From Mobula hypostoma (taxonomy: Eukaryota): 64,000 nt of DNA. The stretch spans positions 77,688,001-77,752,000 of the forward strand of contig NC_086097.1 of NCBI RefSeq assembly GCF_963921235.1. Direction: 5' to 3'. The position numbers and the translations under genes were made by a program. Every line of letters begins with the position of its first letter. Position 1 is the first letter of the stretch. Below are positions 12,621 through 25,900 of the stretch, one piece after another. The notes below the pieces were generated by a model. That model had not been told where the DNA came from. It searched no databases and saw only the letters and a program-made list of their open reading frames with translations.

Positions 12621-13714
12621 TAGACAGAAGTTCTCAGACATAACTTTGCATGCAAACCAGCACACACACTATGCTCAATTACCAGAAGTGTTGTGATGTC
12701 TTGACCGTTAAAAGCTTCTGGCTGATTCTAGTCCCAAGAGGAGGGGTGAAGACCCTATCACTCTTAATTCTCACAATGAAATGCACTCTTAACTTCTCTA
12801 TTTCATGTCACTGAGCACAAGGTCAGACCATAATGAGTCTGGAACTTAGTGCACAGAAATATGCTTTTTGAAAAGCAAAAAGAAGCCACATTATCGGTAA
12901 AGCAACAGAGATGCTTGGCACTGCTTAGAGTACATACTGCATCTGGTGCTCTAGGGAGAAAAAACACATTGAAACAGAAATGAGATGGAAGATTCTCAAT
13001 GGGAATGAATCTTCTTATTTATCCAAAAAATGCTATGTTTCATAGAGAAGGAGACATTATTAGTCTGGGGCAAAGAAGTAAGACCCGAACCTCGTTGTCC
13101 ATTTCCCTCCACAGGTGCTGCCTGACTCATTGAGTTCCTCCAGAAGTTTGTGTTTTTGCTTCAGATTCCAGCATTCGTAGACTCTGATGTCTCCATTTAT
13201 TAGTTTAGGTATCATGCTCAATGTATTTTGTGGATTTTAGAGTAAACCTTGTACATTTCTTTTCCCTTGTTATGACGGATGGCATTGGACTATTGCACAT
13301 TGCAAGTGCACTGTTATGCATGATGATTCATTGACTTTGTAAACATCTACAAGAAGTTCTAAAATCATTTGACATGAATACCTAATCCAAAGTACACGTG
13401 CAAGCCAGTAAATGCTGAATACTCTGTTTCCAAGGAACAGTGTGGTATTTTAGATTACTCAGTAAAATCACTACACAGGAAGTTGAAGAAATCATACGAA
13501 CATGGCTGTAACAATGAGCCTATAGAGTAAAGCTCACAATACAATAATAGAGTGGTTCCTGGAAAAAGTCATGAACTTTCGTGTGATTGGTGTGTCTGAT
13601 GTAGGCAAACACATTAAATTAAATGAGACAAGCATTAATTAATTTGTTTGGAGATACAACATGGATTAGGCCATTCTGGTTCTTTGAGTCACACCGCCTA
13701 GTACTTCCTGACAA

Positions 13715-13977
13715 GCAACACACATCAAAGTTGCTGGTGAACACAGCAGGCCAAGCAGCATCTATAGGAAGCGGTACAGTCGACGTTTCGGGTTCTTACC
13801 AGATCACGAGATTTCAAATCTCTTACTAGCTCTTCTTTCAGTTATTCCGGACGAGGGTCTCGGCCGAAACGTCGACTGTACCTCTTCCTATAGATGCTGC
13901 CTGGCCTGCTGCGTTCACCAGCAACTTTGATGTGTATTGCTTGAATTTCCAGCATCTGCAGAATTCCTGGTGTTTGC
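13715..13977. mobile_element. Penelope-derived inverted-repeat (fold-back) insert
   Basis: 13715-13792 is the reverse complement of about 13862-13943; 12-bp TSD acttcctgacaa (13703-13714 / 13978-13989); hammerhead core mutated (CGGACGA). Confidence 0.8.
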
Positions 13978-13989
13978 ACTTCCTGACAA

Positions 13990-14200
13990 CCCCATTTTAT
14001 CTCTAATCTAGTCATGGGGCACTTTACAATGACCAATGAACCTACCTGGTACATTTTTGGACTGTGGGAGGAAACCAGAGGACCTGGAGAAACCTTGAAC
14101 ATTCCACAGGGGGAACGTACAGAGTGTCCACACAGAGGATGCTGTGATGGATCTCCGAACTCCAAAGCCCCAAGCTGTAATAGTGTCATGCTAACCGTTA
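13990..14200 (-). mobile_element. V-SINE-like tRNA-derived SINE fragment
   Basis: Reverse of the V-domain-like gtttcctcccacagtccaaa segment and a tRNA-like head (gttcggagatcc). Confidence 0.55.
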
Positions 14201-14474
14201 TGAGAAATAACTCTTCTATTTATTAAGCTTCTATTATTAAAATTATTATACAATAATAATCAGGTTATAACTGATTCATTTGGGCTTCATTATTGATTCA
14301 TATTAACTTGGCACCAAAGACTGCTCCAATTTGATCAAGTTCTCTGAATCCAGCATGATTTTGTTATACAGCTATAAGCATCAACTCATACATTCACCAA
14401 AGTCATCTGCCTGTATCACATTATCCTGATGTTTTCTTGCTGTAGTGGAGATGAGCCAAGGCACATTTGTTTCC

Positions 14475-15055
14475 AGATCAGTCTCTATTCTCTGAGGAGA
14501 CTGAGGTCCTTTAACATCTGCCAGACGATGCTGAGGATGTTCTACGAGTCTGTGGTGGCCAGTGCTATCATGTTTGCTGTTGTGTGCTGGGGCAGCAGGC
14601 TGAGGGTAGCAGACACCAACAGAATCAACATATTCATTTGTAAGGCCAGTGATGTTGTGGGGATGGAACTGGACTCTCTGACGGTGGTGTCTGAAAAGGG
14701 GATGCTGTCCAAGTTGCATGCCATTTTGGACAATGTCTCCCATCCACTACATAATGTACTGGTTGGGCGCAGGAGTACATTCAGCCAGAGACTCATTCCA
14801 CCGAGATGCAACACAAAGCGTCATAGGAAGTCATTCCTGCCTGTGGCCATCAAACTTTACAACTCCTCCCTCGGAGGGTCAGACACCCTCAGACACCCTG
14901 AGCCAATAGGCTGGTCCTGGACTTATTTGCTAGCATAATTTACATATTACTATTTAACTATTTATGGTTTTATTACTATTTAATTATTTATGGTGCAACT
15001 GTAACGAAAACCAGTTTCCCCCGGGATCAATAAAGTATGACTATGACTATGTAAC
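14475..15055 (+). mobile_element. Rex1/Babar LINE 3' end
   Basis: LYSLRRLRSFNICQTMLRMFYESVVASAI...SFLPVAIKLYN; AATAAA plus (GACTAT)n tail. Confidence 0.9.
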
Positions 15056-15074
15056 TATCAAGGAAACAACATCT

Positions 15075-15420
15075 TGAGAGGCATTGATCATGTGGATAGT
15101 CAGAGGCTTTTTCCCAGGGCTAGAATGGCTAACACGAAAGGGCACAGTTTTAAGATGCCTGGAAGTTGGTACAGATGAGATGTCAAGGGTGAAGTTTTTT
15201 ATGCAGAGAGTGGTGAGTGTGTGGAACGGGCTTCCGGCGATGGTGGTGGAGGCAGATACGATAGGGTCTTTTAAGAGACTCCTGCACAGGTACTTGGAGG
15301 TCAGAAAAATAGAGGGCTGTGGGTAACCCTAGGTAATTTCTAAGGTAAGGACTGGTTCGGCACAGCTTTGTGGGCCGAAGGGCCTGTATTGTGCTGCAGG
15401 TTTTCTATGTCTCTATGCTT
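15075..15420 (+). mobile_element. CR1 3' end
   Basis: FFMQRVVSVWNGLP...; (TTCTATG)-type tail; near-identical to 46200-46525. Confidence 0.85.
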
Positions 15421-15449
15421 CTATCTGATTCTATACATTCAAGTAGGAT

Positions 15450-15680
15450 TTCACACACAACCATTCTGGATCAACTAAACTTGTTATTCATACAAAAGAT
15501 TTATAAAAGGGACTTGCCATCAAACTCAGAGGAAATCAGGAATCTCTGTAGCATACACTTGATAACTTCCCATTTCTGTGTAACATCTGAAAATCTGAAA
15601 TCTATACCAGTGATCAATTTAGTGTTATCCCAGTTATTCCAGTTTTTCAAAACTAGCATTTTTTTCAGCCTTGTTGTTGG
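15450..15680 (+). pseudogene. Pseudo-exon, RGSL1-like
   Basis: Within ORF 15370-15792: LNLLFIQKIYKRDLPSNSEEIRNLCSIHL...LFQFFKTSIF. Confidence 0.4.
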
Positions 15681-16129
15681 GTTCAGCATGAAGGCAATTT
15701 TATTGAAAATAGTTAATATAGACATAGGTTTGGCTGAAGTGAAGGAAGTTAGCAATCCAGTTGGAATTCTGAATAATTTTCTCTTCAATTGAAGCAGAAC
15801 ATGGGCACTCCCAGGGTCATTAGGATGCACAGTATGTGTATTATATAAATGTGATGCATTTGTTAAATAACAGTGCATTCTCCTACACAGAAATAATTTA
15901 CCAGGAGTTCCTACAACCTATTGATAATATATAAAAAGTCCAGAAATGTTAAAGCTGGTAATCCATATATTCAAACAAACTCAGATTGGGCTCAATGGGC
16001 AATTTGAACCATGGTTTCTGTACCATTTATTAATCTTTGAGTACATCATAATAAAGTTCTCTGAAAATGAATTTCAGCTATTCCTTGACAATTAACTGTT
16101 CTGATAAAATTAAAATAGCAGCACAAAGT

Positions 16130-16900
16130 GCAGCAGTCTGTAGTAAATGGTTACCTCCCTGACTGGTGGCTTGTGAACAGTGGAGTGCCACAGCGATTGT
16201 GCTGGGTCCATTGTCGTTTGTCATGACTTGGATAATAATGTGATAAACCAGAATAGCAAATTTGCACATGACACCAAGTTCCGCGGCGTAGTGGACAGCG
16301 AGGGAGGCTATCAAAACTTGCAGTGGGATCTGGACCTGCTGGAAAAATGGGCGAAAAATAGTAGATGGAATTTAATACAGACAAGTGTGAGGCATTGCAG
16401 TTTGGGAGGACAAACCAGGGTTTAATACATTGTGTGGTAGATGCCGAGAAGTGCGCTAGAACAGAGGGATCTGGGAATACAGATCCATAATTCCTTGAAA
16501 GTGTGTCACAGGTAGACAGAGTCGTAAAGAGAACTTAAGGCACATTGACCTTCATAAATCAGAGTATTGACTGCAGGAGCTGAGAGATTCTGTTGAAGTA
16601 GTATGAGACAACTAGTTGTAGGACAGTTAACAATAAGGTTGAATGAGTACAGAGAAAATTTACAAGGATGTTGCCAGGACTTGGGAACCTGAGTTGTAGG
16701 GAAACTTGAATAGATTTGGTCTTTTTTATCTACTGGAGCATTGAAGAACGAGGGGAGAATTGATAGAAGAATAAAAATTATTAGGGGTGTAGCTAGAGTA
16801 ATTGCAAGCATGCTTTTACCACTGAAGTTGGGTGAGACTATAGAACTTGAGGTCATAGGCTAAGAGTGAAAGGTGAAATATTAAAGGGGAATCCGAGACA
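16130..16900 (+). mobile_element. CR1 RT fragment
   Basis: SKFAHDTK...LQWDLDLLEKWA, followed by downstream RT relics. Confidence 0.85.
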
Positions 16901-16929
16901 ACTATCTGACTCTTGGAGCGCAGGGAGAC

Positions 16930-18372
16930 ATACAAGTTTTTGAAAAGCACGATACATTTTCTTTGCAAGAGAAGATGTTTTGAGTTTTTTTTAAAAAGCA
17001 GGTAATGGACAAAATTCATGGATTTATAAACAGTGTGTACTGAGAGATAATAAAAAAATTTAAAAATTCAGAAATGGCTTGCTACATTGGAACTATAGAA
17101 GCGTTTGATTACCCAAGAGATAACTGAGTGAATTAAGGAATATTTTGAAGCAAATGAAATAGCCAATGAGAAGTGACTACCAGTTTTGTTGAATGTAGTA
17201 GGTGGGAAAGTATACAGTTTTCTTAGAGGTTTGACTGCTCCAACTAAACCAGCCAAATGAGGTTGTGGATATCATGAAAATATGCAGGAACATTTGGAAC
17301 TGAAACCTTTGTTGATTGTAGAACGCTTTAAGTTTCATAAGAGGAATCAAAAAGAAGGGGAGTCCATTGCAGGGTACATGGCTGAATTGAAGAGATTGTC
17401 TGAGCATTGTTATTTCAGTAATGGGCTTAATGATGCACTGAGAGATTGTTTAGTTTGTGGAATCTTAAAAGAAAACATTCAAAAACAGCTCCTAACTGAA
17501 GTACAACTTACTTTTAAAAGAACAATTTAAATAGCTGTTGACTTGCAGTCAGGAATGAAAGTGAATGTGAATAAAACAGCAGAATCCAGAACAGGGGTTC
17601 CCAAACTAAGTCCACAGACCGCTCGGTTAATGGTAAGGATCAGTGGCATAAAATAGGTTGGGAAACCCTGGTCTAAAAGGAGGTCTGCCTGACCGATCAA
17701 ATTGTGTTACTATTGTGGCAGGGGCTCACAAACACCAAACCAATGCACATTTAAAGATGAAACTTGCAGAAAATGCAATAAAATAGGACATACAAAGAGC
17801 ACATGGGGCAGACAAAACTAAAGGGACTGCACAAGGAAGTGAAAAAGATAAAAAGTCGAATTGTATTTTTGAAAAGAACACTAATCTGCATGCTTTTCAT
17901 AAAAAATCTGATAATAATGAGACTGACATAAGACTGAGTGGCCTTGAGATTTACAATGTGAAAACTAACAAGAAACAAGAAATATGGCTCATACCAGATG
18001 TAAACAACAACTTAATTAAAATGGAATTTGACACTGGCTTGGCTGTTTCAGTCATTCCACAACATGAGACTGAATGACAGTTCAAAGATACTGAACTGAA
18101 GTCGCAAATATCCAACTAAGAACTTATACTGGAGAAAATATCACTCATGTGGGAATGACACTCATTACAGTGCAATACAATAACCAACAAGCCACATTGG
18201 ACTTTGATGTAATAAAAAACAGGAGGGCCAGCATTGTGGGTGTATGAGTGGCTGAGCCAACTACAGCTTGATGGGAGATCCATCCACCATTTGGATGCCA
18301 CATCCCGTACAACAGAGTTAACTGAAAGTGAATTAATAAAGGTATTGGATGATGCCACAGCGGTGTTCAAAT
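16930..18372 (+). mobile_element. Ty3/Gypsy (Mag-like) gag-protease relic
   Basis: ERFKFHKRNQKEGESIAGYMAELKRL...LRDCLVCGI; tandem Zn-knuckle relics CYYCG...C...CRKCNKIGH; protease IKMEFDTGLAVSVI near 18015-18055. Confidence 0.88.
17592..17670. mobile_element. 79-bp hAT-Charlie MITE inside Gypsy gag
   Basis: TIRs caggggttcccaa / ttgggaaaccctg; degenerate 8-bp TSD atccagaa / gtctaaaa. Confidence 0.8.
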
Positions 18373-19860
18373 TTAAAACAACTGAACCTCGGAATATTAA
18401 GCTGCCAGTCTTTCCCCTCCTGCAACCAAGTCTCACTAACGGCTACAGTATCATTATTCCAGGTGTTGATCCATGCCCTGAGCTCATCCTCCTTTCCTAT
18501 GATACCTCTTGCATTGAAATATACGCAGGTCAGGGCACTAGTTGCACTATGCTCAACCTTGATTCCTGACTTTGTCTGAGGTTTTAACAACAACTGTCTC
18601 CACAACCTCTCCTCTATCTGTTCTGGCACTCTGGTTCCCATCCCTCTGCAACTCTAGTTTAAACCTCACTGTGCAGCACAAGCAAACCTTCCCACTAGGA
18701 TATTAGCTCCCTCCAGTTCAGATGCAAATCATCCCTTCTGTACAGGTCCCACCTTCCCTAGAAGAGAGCCCAATGTTACAAAAGTCTTATGCCTTCCCTC
18801 TTACACCAACTCCTTAGCCACATATTAAACTGGATAATCTTCCTATTTCTGGCCTCACTAGCATGTGGCACAGGTAGCAATCCTGAGATCACAACCTTGG
18901 AGGTCCTTCCCTCTAATATAGCCCCTAACTCTCTAAACTCCCTTTGCAGGATCTCATCACTCTTCCTACAGAAGTCATTGGTACCTAGCTGGACCATGAC
19001 CTCTGGCTTTTCACCCTCCCACTTAAGAAGGCTGAGGACTCAATCTGAGATATTCCGGACCCTGGCATCAGGGAGGCAACATACCTTCCAGGAATCTCGT
19101 TCTCGTCCACAGAACCTCCTTTCTGTTCTTCTAACTAACAGATCACCTATCACCACAGCTCCCGCTTCTCTCCCCTTTCCTTCTGAGTCACAGGGCCTAA
19201 CACAGTGCCAGAGACATGACTGCTTTGACTTTCATCTGCTCGGTCATCCCCCAACTGTATCCAAAGTGATGTATGCGTTGTTGGGGGGAAGGCCACAGGG
19301 GTACTCTGCACTGGCTGTTTAACACCTTTCCCTTTCCTGACTGTCTCCTAACTTCCTGTGTCCTGCACTTTGGGTGCAACTACCTCTCTATATCACCCCC
19401 TCAAGTCTCCCAAATGATCAGGAGTTCATCCATTTCTAGCCCCAACTCCTTGACGCGGAGTGGTAGAAGCTGCAGCTGGATGCACCTCACGGGTGTGGTC
19501 ATCAGGAGCACTGGAGGTCACCCTGCTTTCCTATATCCCACAAGAGGAACATTCCACTATTCTGCCTGGCATCTCAACTGTTCTCACTGAGCAAATGTAA
19601 AGAAAGAAGAACAAAAACTGTTGGGGGGGGGGAGAAATTCTACCTACACCTTTTTTGCCTTCTCTTGCTGAAGCCTCGAAGACCTAAAGCCTCCCCACTC
19701 TAACTCTGTCCACTGCTACAATGATGGCTGCTCTGCTTGCCCCTGCCTTACTTTAATTTGTTCTTGCCAATCAATCCCAAACACTGATTGGGCACTGCTC
19801 AAAGCTCGAAACTGCTGCGAGTCGCTGCCTTTTCTACTCAATTGGCGAACCTGAGTGAAC
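18373..19860 (-). mobile_element. CR1 5' portion: 5' UTR, ORF1 with SGNH/GDSL esterase-like domain, start of ORF2 endonuclease
   Basis: 18776-18997 VQLGTND...SKVVISGLLPVP...N; 18333-18641 CVYFNARGI...VAVSETWL. Confidence 0.88.
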
Positions 19861-19869
19861 TACGTCTTA

Positions 19870-21060
19870 CACCATAGACCATTAAATATAGGAGCAGAAT
19901 TAGGCCATTTGGCCCATCGGGTCTGTCTACCCCAATAATCTGCCTTCTCCCAGTATCCCTTCATGCCCTGACCAGTCAAGAATCTATCGACATCTGCCTT
20001 GAATATATAGAAAGACTTGGGCTCCACAGTTGCCTGTGGCAAAGAATTCCACAGATTCACCACTCTCTTACAAAAGAAATTCCTCTTCATCTCCATTCTA
20101 AAAGGACTCCCCTCTATTTTGAGGCTGTGTCCTTGGTCTTAGATTCTCCCACCTTAGGAAATAAAGGCATCCGTTAGTCTTGTGAGACCATGGATCTGCG
20201 CCTGGAAAATCTTCACTCTCCAGGGCGCTGGCCTGCGCAAGGTTGTATGGAAGACCAGCAGTTGCCCATGCTGCAAGTCTCCCCTCTCCACGACTCCAAT
20301 GTTGTCCAAGGGAAGGGCATTAGGACCCATACAGCTTGGCACCAGTGTCGTTGCAGAGCAATGTGTGATTAAGTGCCTTGCTCAAGGACACAACACAGGT
20401 TGCCTCGGCTGGGACTCGAACTCACGACCTTCAGGTCGCTAGTCCAATGCCTTAACCACTTGGCAATATGCCCACAACCTTAGGAAATATTCTCTCCACA
20501 TCAACTCTATCAAGGCCTTTCACCTTAGGTTTCAATGAGGGTACCCCTGATTCTTCTGAATTCCAGCGAGTGCAGGCCCAAAGCCATCAAATGCTCTTCG
20601 AATGACAAGCCTTTCAATCCCGGAATCTTTTTGTAATCCTCCTTTGAACCTTCTCCAGTTTCAGCAAATCCTTTCCAAGATAAGAGCCCCAAAACCATTC
20701 ACAATACTCCATGAGGCCTCACTAGTGCTTTATAAAGTCTCAACATTACATCCTTGTTTTTATATTCTAGTCCTCTTGAAACGAATGCTAACATTGCATT
20801 TGCCTTCCTCACCACAATTCAACCAGCAAATTTTCCTTTAGGGAATCCTGCACAAGGACTCCCAAGTCCCTTTGCACCTCAGATTTGTGCATTTAGGGAA
20901 TAGTCAACCTTTTCATTGCTTTTACCAAAGTGCATAACTATACACTTCCCAACACTGTATTCCATCTGTCACTTCTTTGGCCAATCTCCTAATCTGTCTA
21001 AGTCCTTCTGTAGCCTTTCAAATTCCTCAAAACTACCTGCCCTGCACCTATCTTCATGAT
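19870..21060 (-). mobile_element. CR1 3' fragment
   Basis: NFFCKRVVNLWNSLPQ and upstream RT relics; interrupted by a SINE. Confidence 0.88.
20164..20476 (-). mobile_element. tRNA-derived SINE
   Basis: Minus-strand A box (tgccaagtgg) and B box (gttcgagtcc); 13-bp TSD accttaggaaata (20151-20163 / 20477-20489). Confidence 0.88.
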
Positions 21061-21260
21061 CTCCCAGATTGATAGTTGTTATTTAAGATTCCTGTAATGA
21101 GATTGCTAGTGGATTGACTCATTTGACCTGACTTCTCCATCTACTTCTCTATGGTCAGCAATACTGAACACTCATTTGTATTTTATGAGACACACACTGT
21201 GACCATGTCTCAACTTTGTAAAGATCGTTCCAAAAGTGCATTGATAATACTCAGTATATA

Positions 21261-21853
21261 CAGTTAATTGGGCCATCAGTTAACCAGGGCAGCTGCTTTT
21301 TTTGGGACAACTCTTAACAAGCAAAAACTAACTGAGAAAATAGCTGAGATGCTCTTTGTTTATTTGGGACATGATGCCACTTAATTGGAACAGGAGACTG
21401 TTGCCAAAGTTTCTCACCAGCGTCAGTCACATGTACTTGTGTGGCTGTTAAACATTGTCCTGTGCTTTGAGTGAACAGTTTTTAAATACCATCAGTTGCC
21501 TGTGCTTGTGTTCAAAGAGCAGTAATTTTTGTCACTGATACTTGGTGAGAAATAAGCAGAGAAACACTTCTGACCTATTTTGCTCAATGTGGTTTCAAGC
21601 ATTCAAGCTTTGAGATGCCTGAAATGGTCAGGAGTAAAAATGAAATGTTGTTACTATTTCAACAAGTCAGGAACTACAATGAATTTGAAAGTATTGACAA
21701 TCACCTTGACTTTTACTCAATTTGCCTGTTTACTAGTTTGTCTGTTTTCTACATTTTTATCTATTTTCATGAAACTTTGGCAAATTGAGGCAGCCACTAA
21801 ATTGGGCCAAAATATATTGGTCCCAATACGTCCCATAAAACTGGAATCAACTG
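21261..21853. mobile_element. Tigger/pogo-like non-autonomous DNA element
   Basis: TA|cagttaatt...aatcaactg|TA ends; repeated aattgggcca/tttgggaca subterminal motifs. Confidence 0.65.
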
Positions 21854-22933
21854 TACATATTTTAAGATTATGAACATTCTTATTGAGAAAAACAATGCTT
21901 CAGTTAACTCCCCAAGTGTTCCAATTTCTCTCCAACAACATAAATTTCAAATTCCCAAATTGAGTATACACAAATCACCAATTTCCCAAAATGCCAATTT
22001 CCTTCTAGAATGAGGGAATCTCATATCTGGAATAGAGACATTCACACATTCACATTCATCATCTTAACCTGGAATTCACATGGCCAGTGTGGAACCTGGG
22101 TCTCTGTCTTTCCAATACCTATTCCAAAGAAAACAAATAAATGGACAGAAACTAAAAACACAGATAAGACAGAACAAAAATCCATGCTTGGACTTTTCCT
22201 ATTTCTGAAGCTATACAAATAAACTGAAAATAGATGGAACAAACAATTTATTACATAATAAACATATTCCAAAGAACAGAGGAAATGAAAAGACAAATGG
22301 ATGGACCTGCCTCACATGCACATTCACACAATTTCTCAGAGACTTCTCCTTAAGTCAAGAAGCCTGCCTTACTAAGTGCATCTATCCCCAGGACAGTACC
22401 TTCATTGTTCAGATATACACTGAAATCCACTGGAAAGCACATTCCCTCCTCTCATGTATCTGCACCTCATTTTTTTCTACCCTCATAGTTTTCCCAACTG
22501 TAAGAGAAATAGCCTCCCCAGTCATGGACAAGGGCATGTCAGTTATGGATACTGAAGTTCCTGTGTTCCCTGACACATCACATTGCTGGTCTCTTGTATA
22601 CATTCATGGGTGACTAGTACTGACAATGGATGCTACCGGTGGTTGTTTGTCTGATTAGGATGCTGTTTTTACTAGTTCTATCACTACTCACTACCTTAGA
22701 CTGCTGAAGCCACTAGCCAGACAGTGGGTCACGGGCATCTCCCAGGCAAGCCCTGAAATGTGACTGTGATCAGAATCACCAGAGAGATACTGGAGTTGTG
22801 AATATGAAAGTCTTTATTCACCATAGCAAGCAGACATTGTCTGGAGGCACCCTGTTAGAGGGTCTCTAATTCAAAAGTACATCACATTCTTTACACCCTT
22901 AAGATCTATGATAACAGTTGATGATTCAGTACA

Positions 22934-25900
22934 TTATAAGAGAAAAGCTGTAGATGCTGGAAATCCGAGCAACACATACAAAATGCTGGAGGAACTCAGC
23001 AGGCCAGGTAGAGTCCATGGAAAAGAGTACAGTCGATGTTTCAGGCTGAGACCCTTCACCAGAACCGGAGAAAAAGATAAGGGGTCAGAGTAAGAACATG
23101 GGGGGAAGGGAGGAAGGAACACAAGGTGATAGGTGAAACTAGGGGGGAGGGGTGAAGTAAAGAGCTGGGAAGTCAATTGATGAAAGAGATACAGGGCTGG
23201 CAAAAGAGGACTCTGATAGGAGAGGACAGCAGGCCATGGAAGGAAGAAAAATGGGAGGAGCTCCAAAGGGAGGTGATAGGCAGGTAAGGAGATAAGGTGA
23301 GAGAGGGAAATGGGAATGGGGAATGGAGAAGTGGGGGACATTACCGGAAGTTTGAGAAATTGATGCTCATGCCTTCAAGCTGGGGGCTACCCGGATGGAA
23401 TATAAGGTGTTGCTCCTCCAATATGAATGTGGCCACATTGTGATAGTAGAGGAGGCCAAAGACTGACATGTCAGAATGGGAAGTGGAATTAAAATGGGTG
23501 GCCACTGGGAGATTCCGCTTTTTCCGGCGGATTGAATGTAGGTCCTTAGCGAAGCAGTCTTCCAATCTGTGTTGGGTCTCACAGACATACAGGAGGCCAC
23601 ACCAGGAGCACCAGGAACAGTAGATGACACAAACAGATTCACAGGTGAAGTGTCGCCTCACCTGGAAGGACTGTTTGAAGCCCTGAATAGTAGTGAGGGA
23701 GGAGATGTAGGGGCAGGTGTAATACTTGTTCCGCTTACAAGGTTAAGTGCCAGGAGGGAGATCAACGGGGAGGGAAGAATGGGCACGGGAGTCGCGTAGG
23801 GAGCGATCCCTGCGGAAAGCAGAAAGTGAGGGGAGGGAAAGATTTGCTTGGTGGTGGGATCCTGTTGGTGATCGTAGAAGTTACGGAGAATTATGTGCTG
23901 GACGTGGAGGTTGGTGAGATGGTAGCGGAGGACAAGAGTAACCTCTTTCAGGTGGGGTGGCGTAAGGATGGGGTGAGGGCAGACGTGCATGAAATGGAAG
24001 AGACGTGTTTGAGGGTAGCATTGATATTGGAGAGAGTGAAGCCCCTTTCATTGAAGAAGGAGGATATCTCCTTTGTTCTAGAATGAGAAGCCTCAACCTG
24101 AGAGCAGGTGCAGTGGAGAAGGAGGAATTGAGAGAAGGGGATGGAATGTTTACAAGTACTAAGGTGGGAAGAGGTATAGTCCAGGTAGCTGTAAGAATCA
24201 GTGGGTTTATAATAGGTATCAGCAGATAAGCTGTATCCAGAGATACCAGTGTAGGTTTGCAACATAGACTGTCCCACATAGCTGACAAACAGGCAGGCAT
24301 AGCTGGGACCCATGCAAGTGCCCATGACTACATCTTTTGTTTGAAGGAAGTGAAGGAAGGAGAAATTATTAAGCCTGAGGGCAAGTTCTGACAGACGGAG
24401 GAGAGTGGTGGTGGAGGGGAACTGGTTAGGTCTTGTGTTCAGAAAGAAATAGAGACCGTTGAGGCCTTCCTGGTAGGGATGGAGGTGTAGAAGGACTGGA
24501 CATCCACAGTGAAAATAAGATTATCAGGGCCAGAGAACTTGAAACCTTTGAAAAGATCAAGAGCGTATGAAGTGTTATGGATGTAGGTAGTGTAGCCCCC
24601 CCCCCCCCCGGCCACTCTCAGGGTCGCTCGGCTCGCTGTCGTCTAGGGAAATAGTCCTCAGCCCCGCCAAACTGGGTAATTAGTTCATGTGGATGCTGTG
24701 TGATGTACCCCACCCCGCCCAAATAACAGACAATACACCAGATACGATTAAATGATTTACAGTTTATAGATATTACTGGAACTATATAATTAATAGAGAA
24801 TAAAACATAAAAGGAAAATAAAAGGCGCCACACTTACCAAAGTTCAATCTCTTCGTGCACAAACAGTTGGAGCTCAGGACCCTTCTTCTTCACCCTGCGA
24901 CCTTTTGGACCACCTCGACTGGCCATCTGGGACCAACAACAGTGGTCGACCAGACGCTCCACACGAGTCTCTCTCCGTCTCCTCACCGAATGCCCTCCGC
25001 GGGGTCCGATCCCATTAGCGGACATCAGAGCACCTGGTCCATCCTCTGTCTATCTCTCCCGCCTTCTGCCCCCAAAACCTCGCGCATACAGTATCTTCAA
25101 ATACACCAAAAACATAACAACTATCCCAATTGGTTCATAACATATCTTATCACACTCTAAACAAAAACAAGCTGCTAGCGCAAAAACTTCCTCAGCGTTT
25201 AACATAACAAAGAAGCATTCCCAAGTATAACATAACAAAGAAGCCATTTTAATGAGCCTACGCAGTAACATAAAAGACGAAACCCCCTTACACTCAACCA
25301 GGAGGATAAAACTGAGTTCAGATATGCAGATATAAGTTCAATGGGGTAGGAGCAAGCAAAAACAATGGGTCTACCTGGACAGGCAAGTGTGTCGATCTTG
25401 GGTAGGAGGTAGAAACAGGAAGTGCAGTGTAAGGGAACTATGAGGTTGATGGCAGTGGATGGGAGATCCTCAGAGTTAATAAGGTCTGTGATGGTGTGGG
25501 AGACAATGGCCTGGTGCTCCTTCGTAGGGTCCTCTTCAAGGGGTAAGTAAGAGAAGGTGTCTGACAGCTGTCGCTGGGTCTCAGAAAGATAGAAGTCAGT
25601 CTGCCAAACTGCTACAGCACCCCCTTATCTGTGGGTTTGATGGTGAGTTTAGGATTAGTGCAGAGAGTGTGGAGAGCAGCACGTTTGGAAGGAGTGAGGT
25701 TGGAATTGGATTCAGGAGTGGTGAAGTCGAGATAGTTGATGTCCCATCAGCAGCTAGCAATGAAAAGATCCAGAACAGGTGAAAGACCAGAGCGGGGTGT
25801 CGAGGAAGAAGAGGAGGGTTGAAGACGGAAGAAGAGCTCATCGGAGCAGGGTGGAGAGTCCTTGCTGAAGGAGTAGGCCTGGAGACAGAGGCAGAGGAAG

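Noticed and set aside
15501..15878. 125-aa minus-strand ORF with an acceptor-like site, as a host gene exon
   Set aside because: No recognisable protein similarity; the opposite strand gives RGS-like motifs consistent with the rest of the locus.
20405..20476. tRNA gene
   Set aside because: It is the tRNA-derived head of a TSD-flanked SINE; the same applies to 44498-44570 and 37466-37535.
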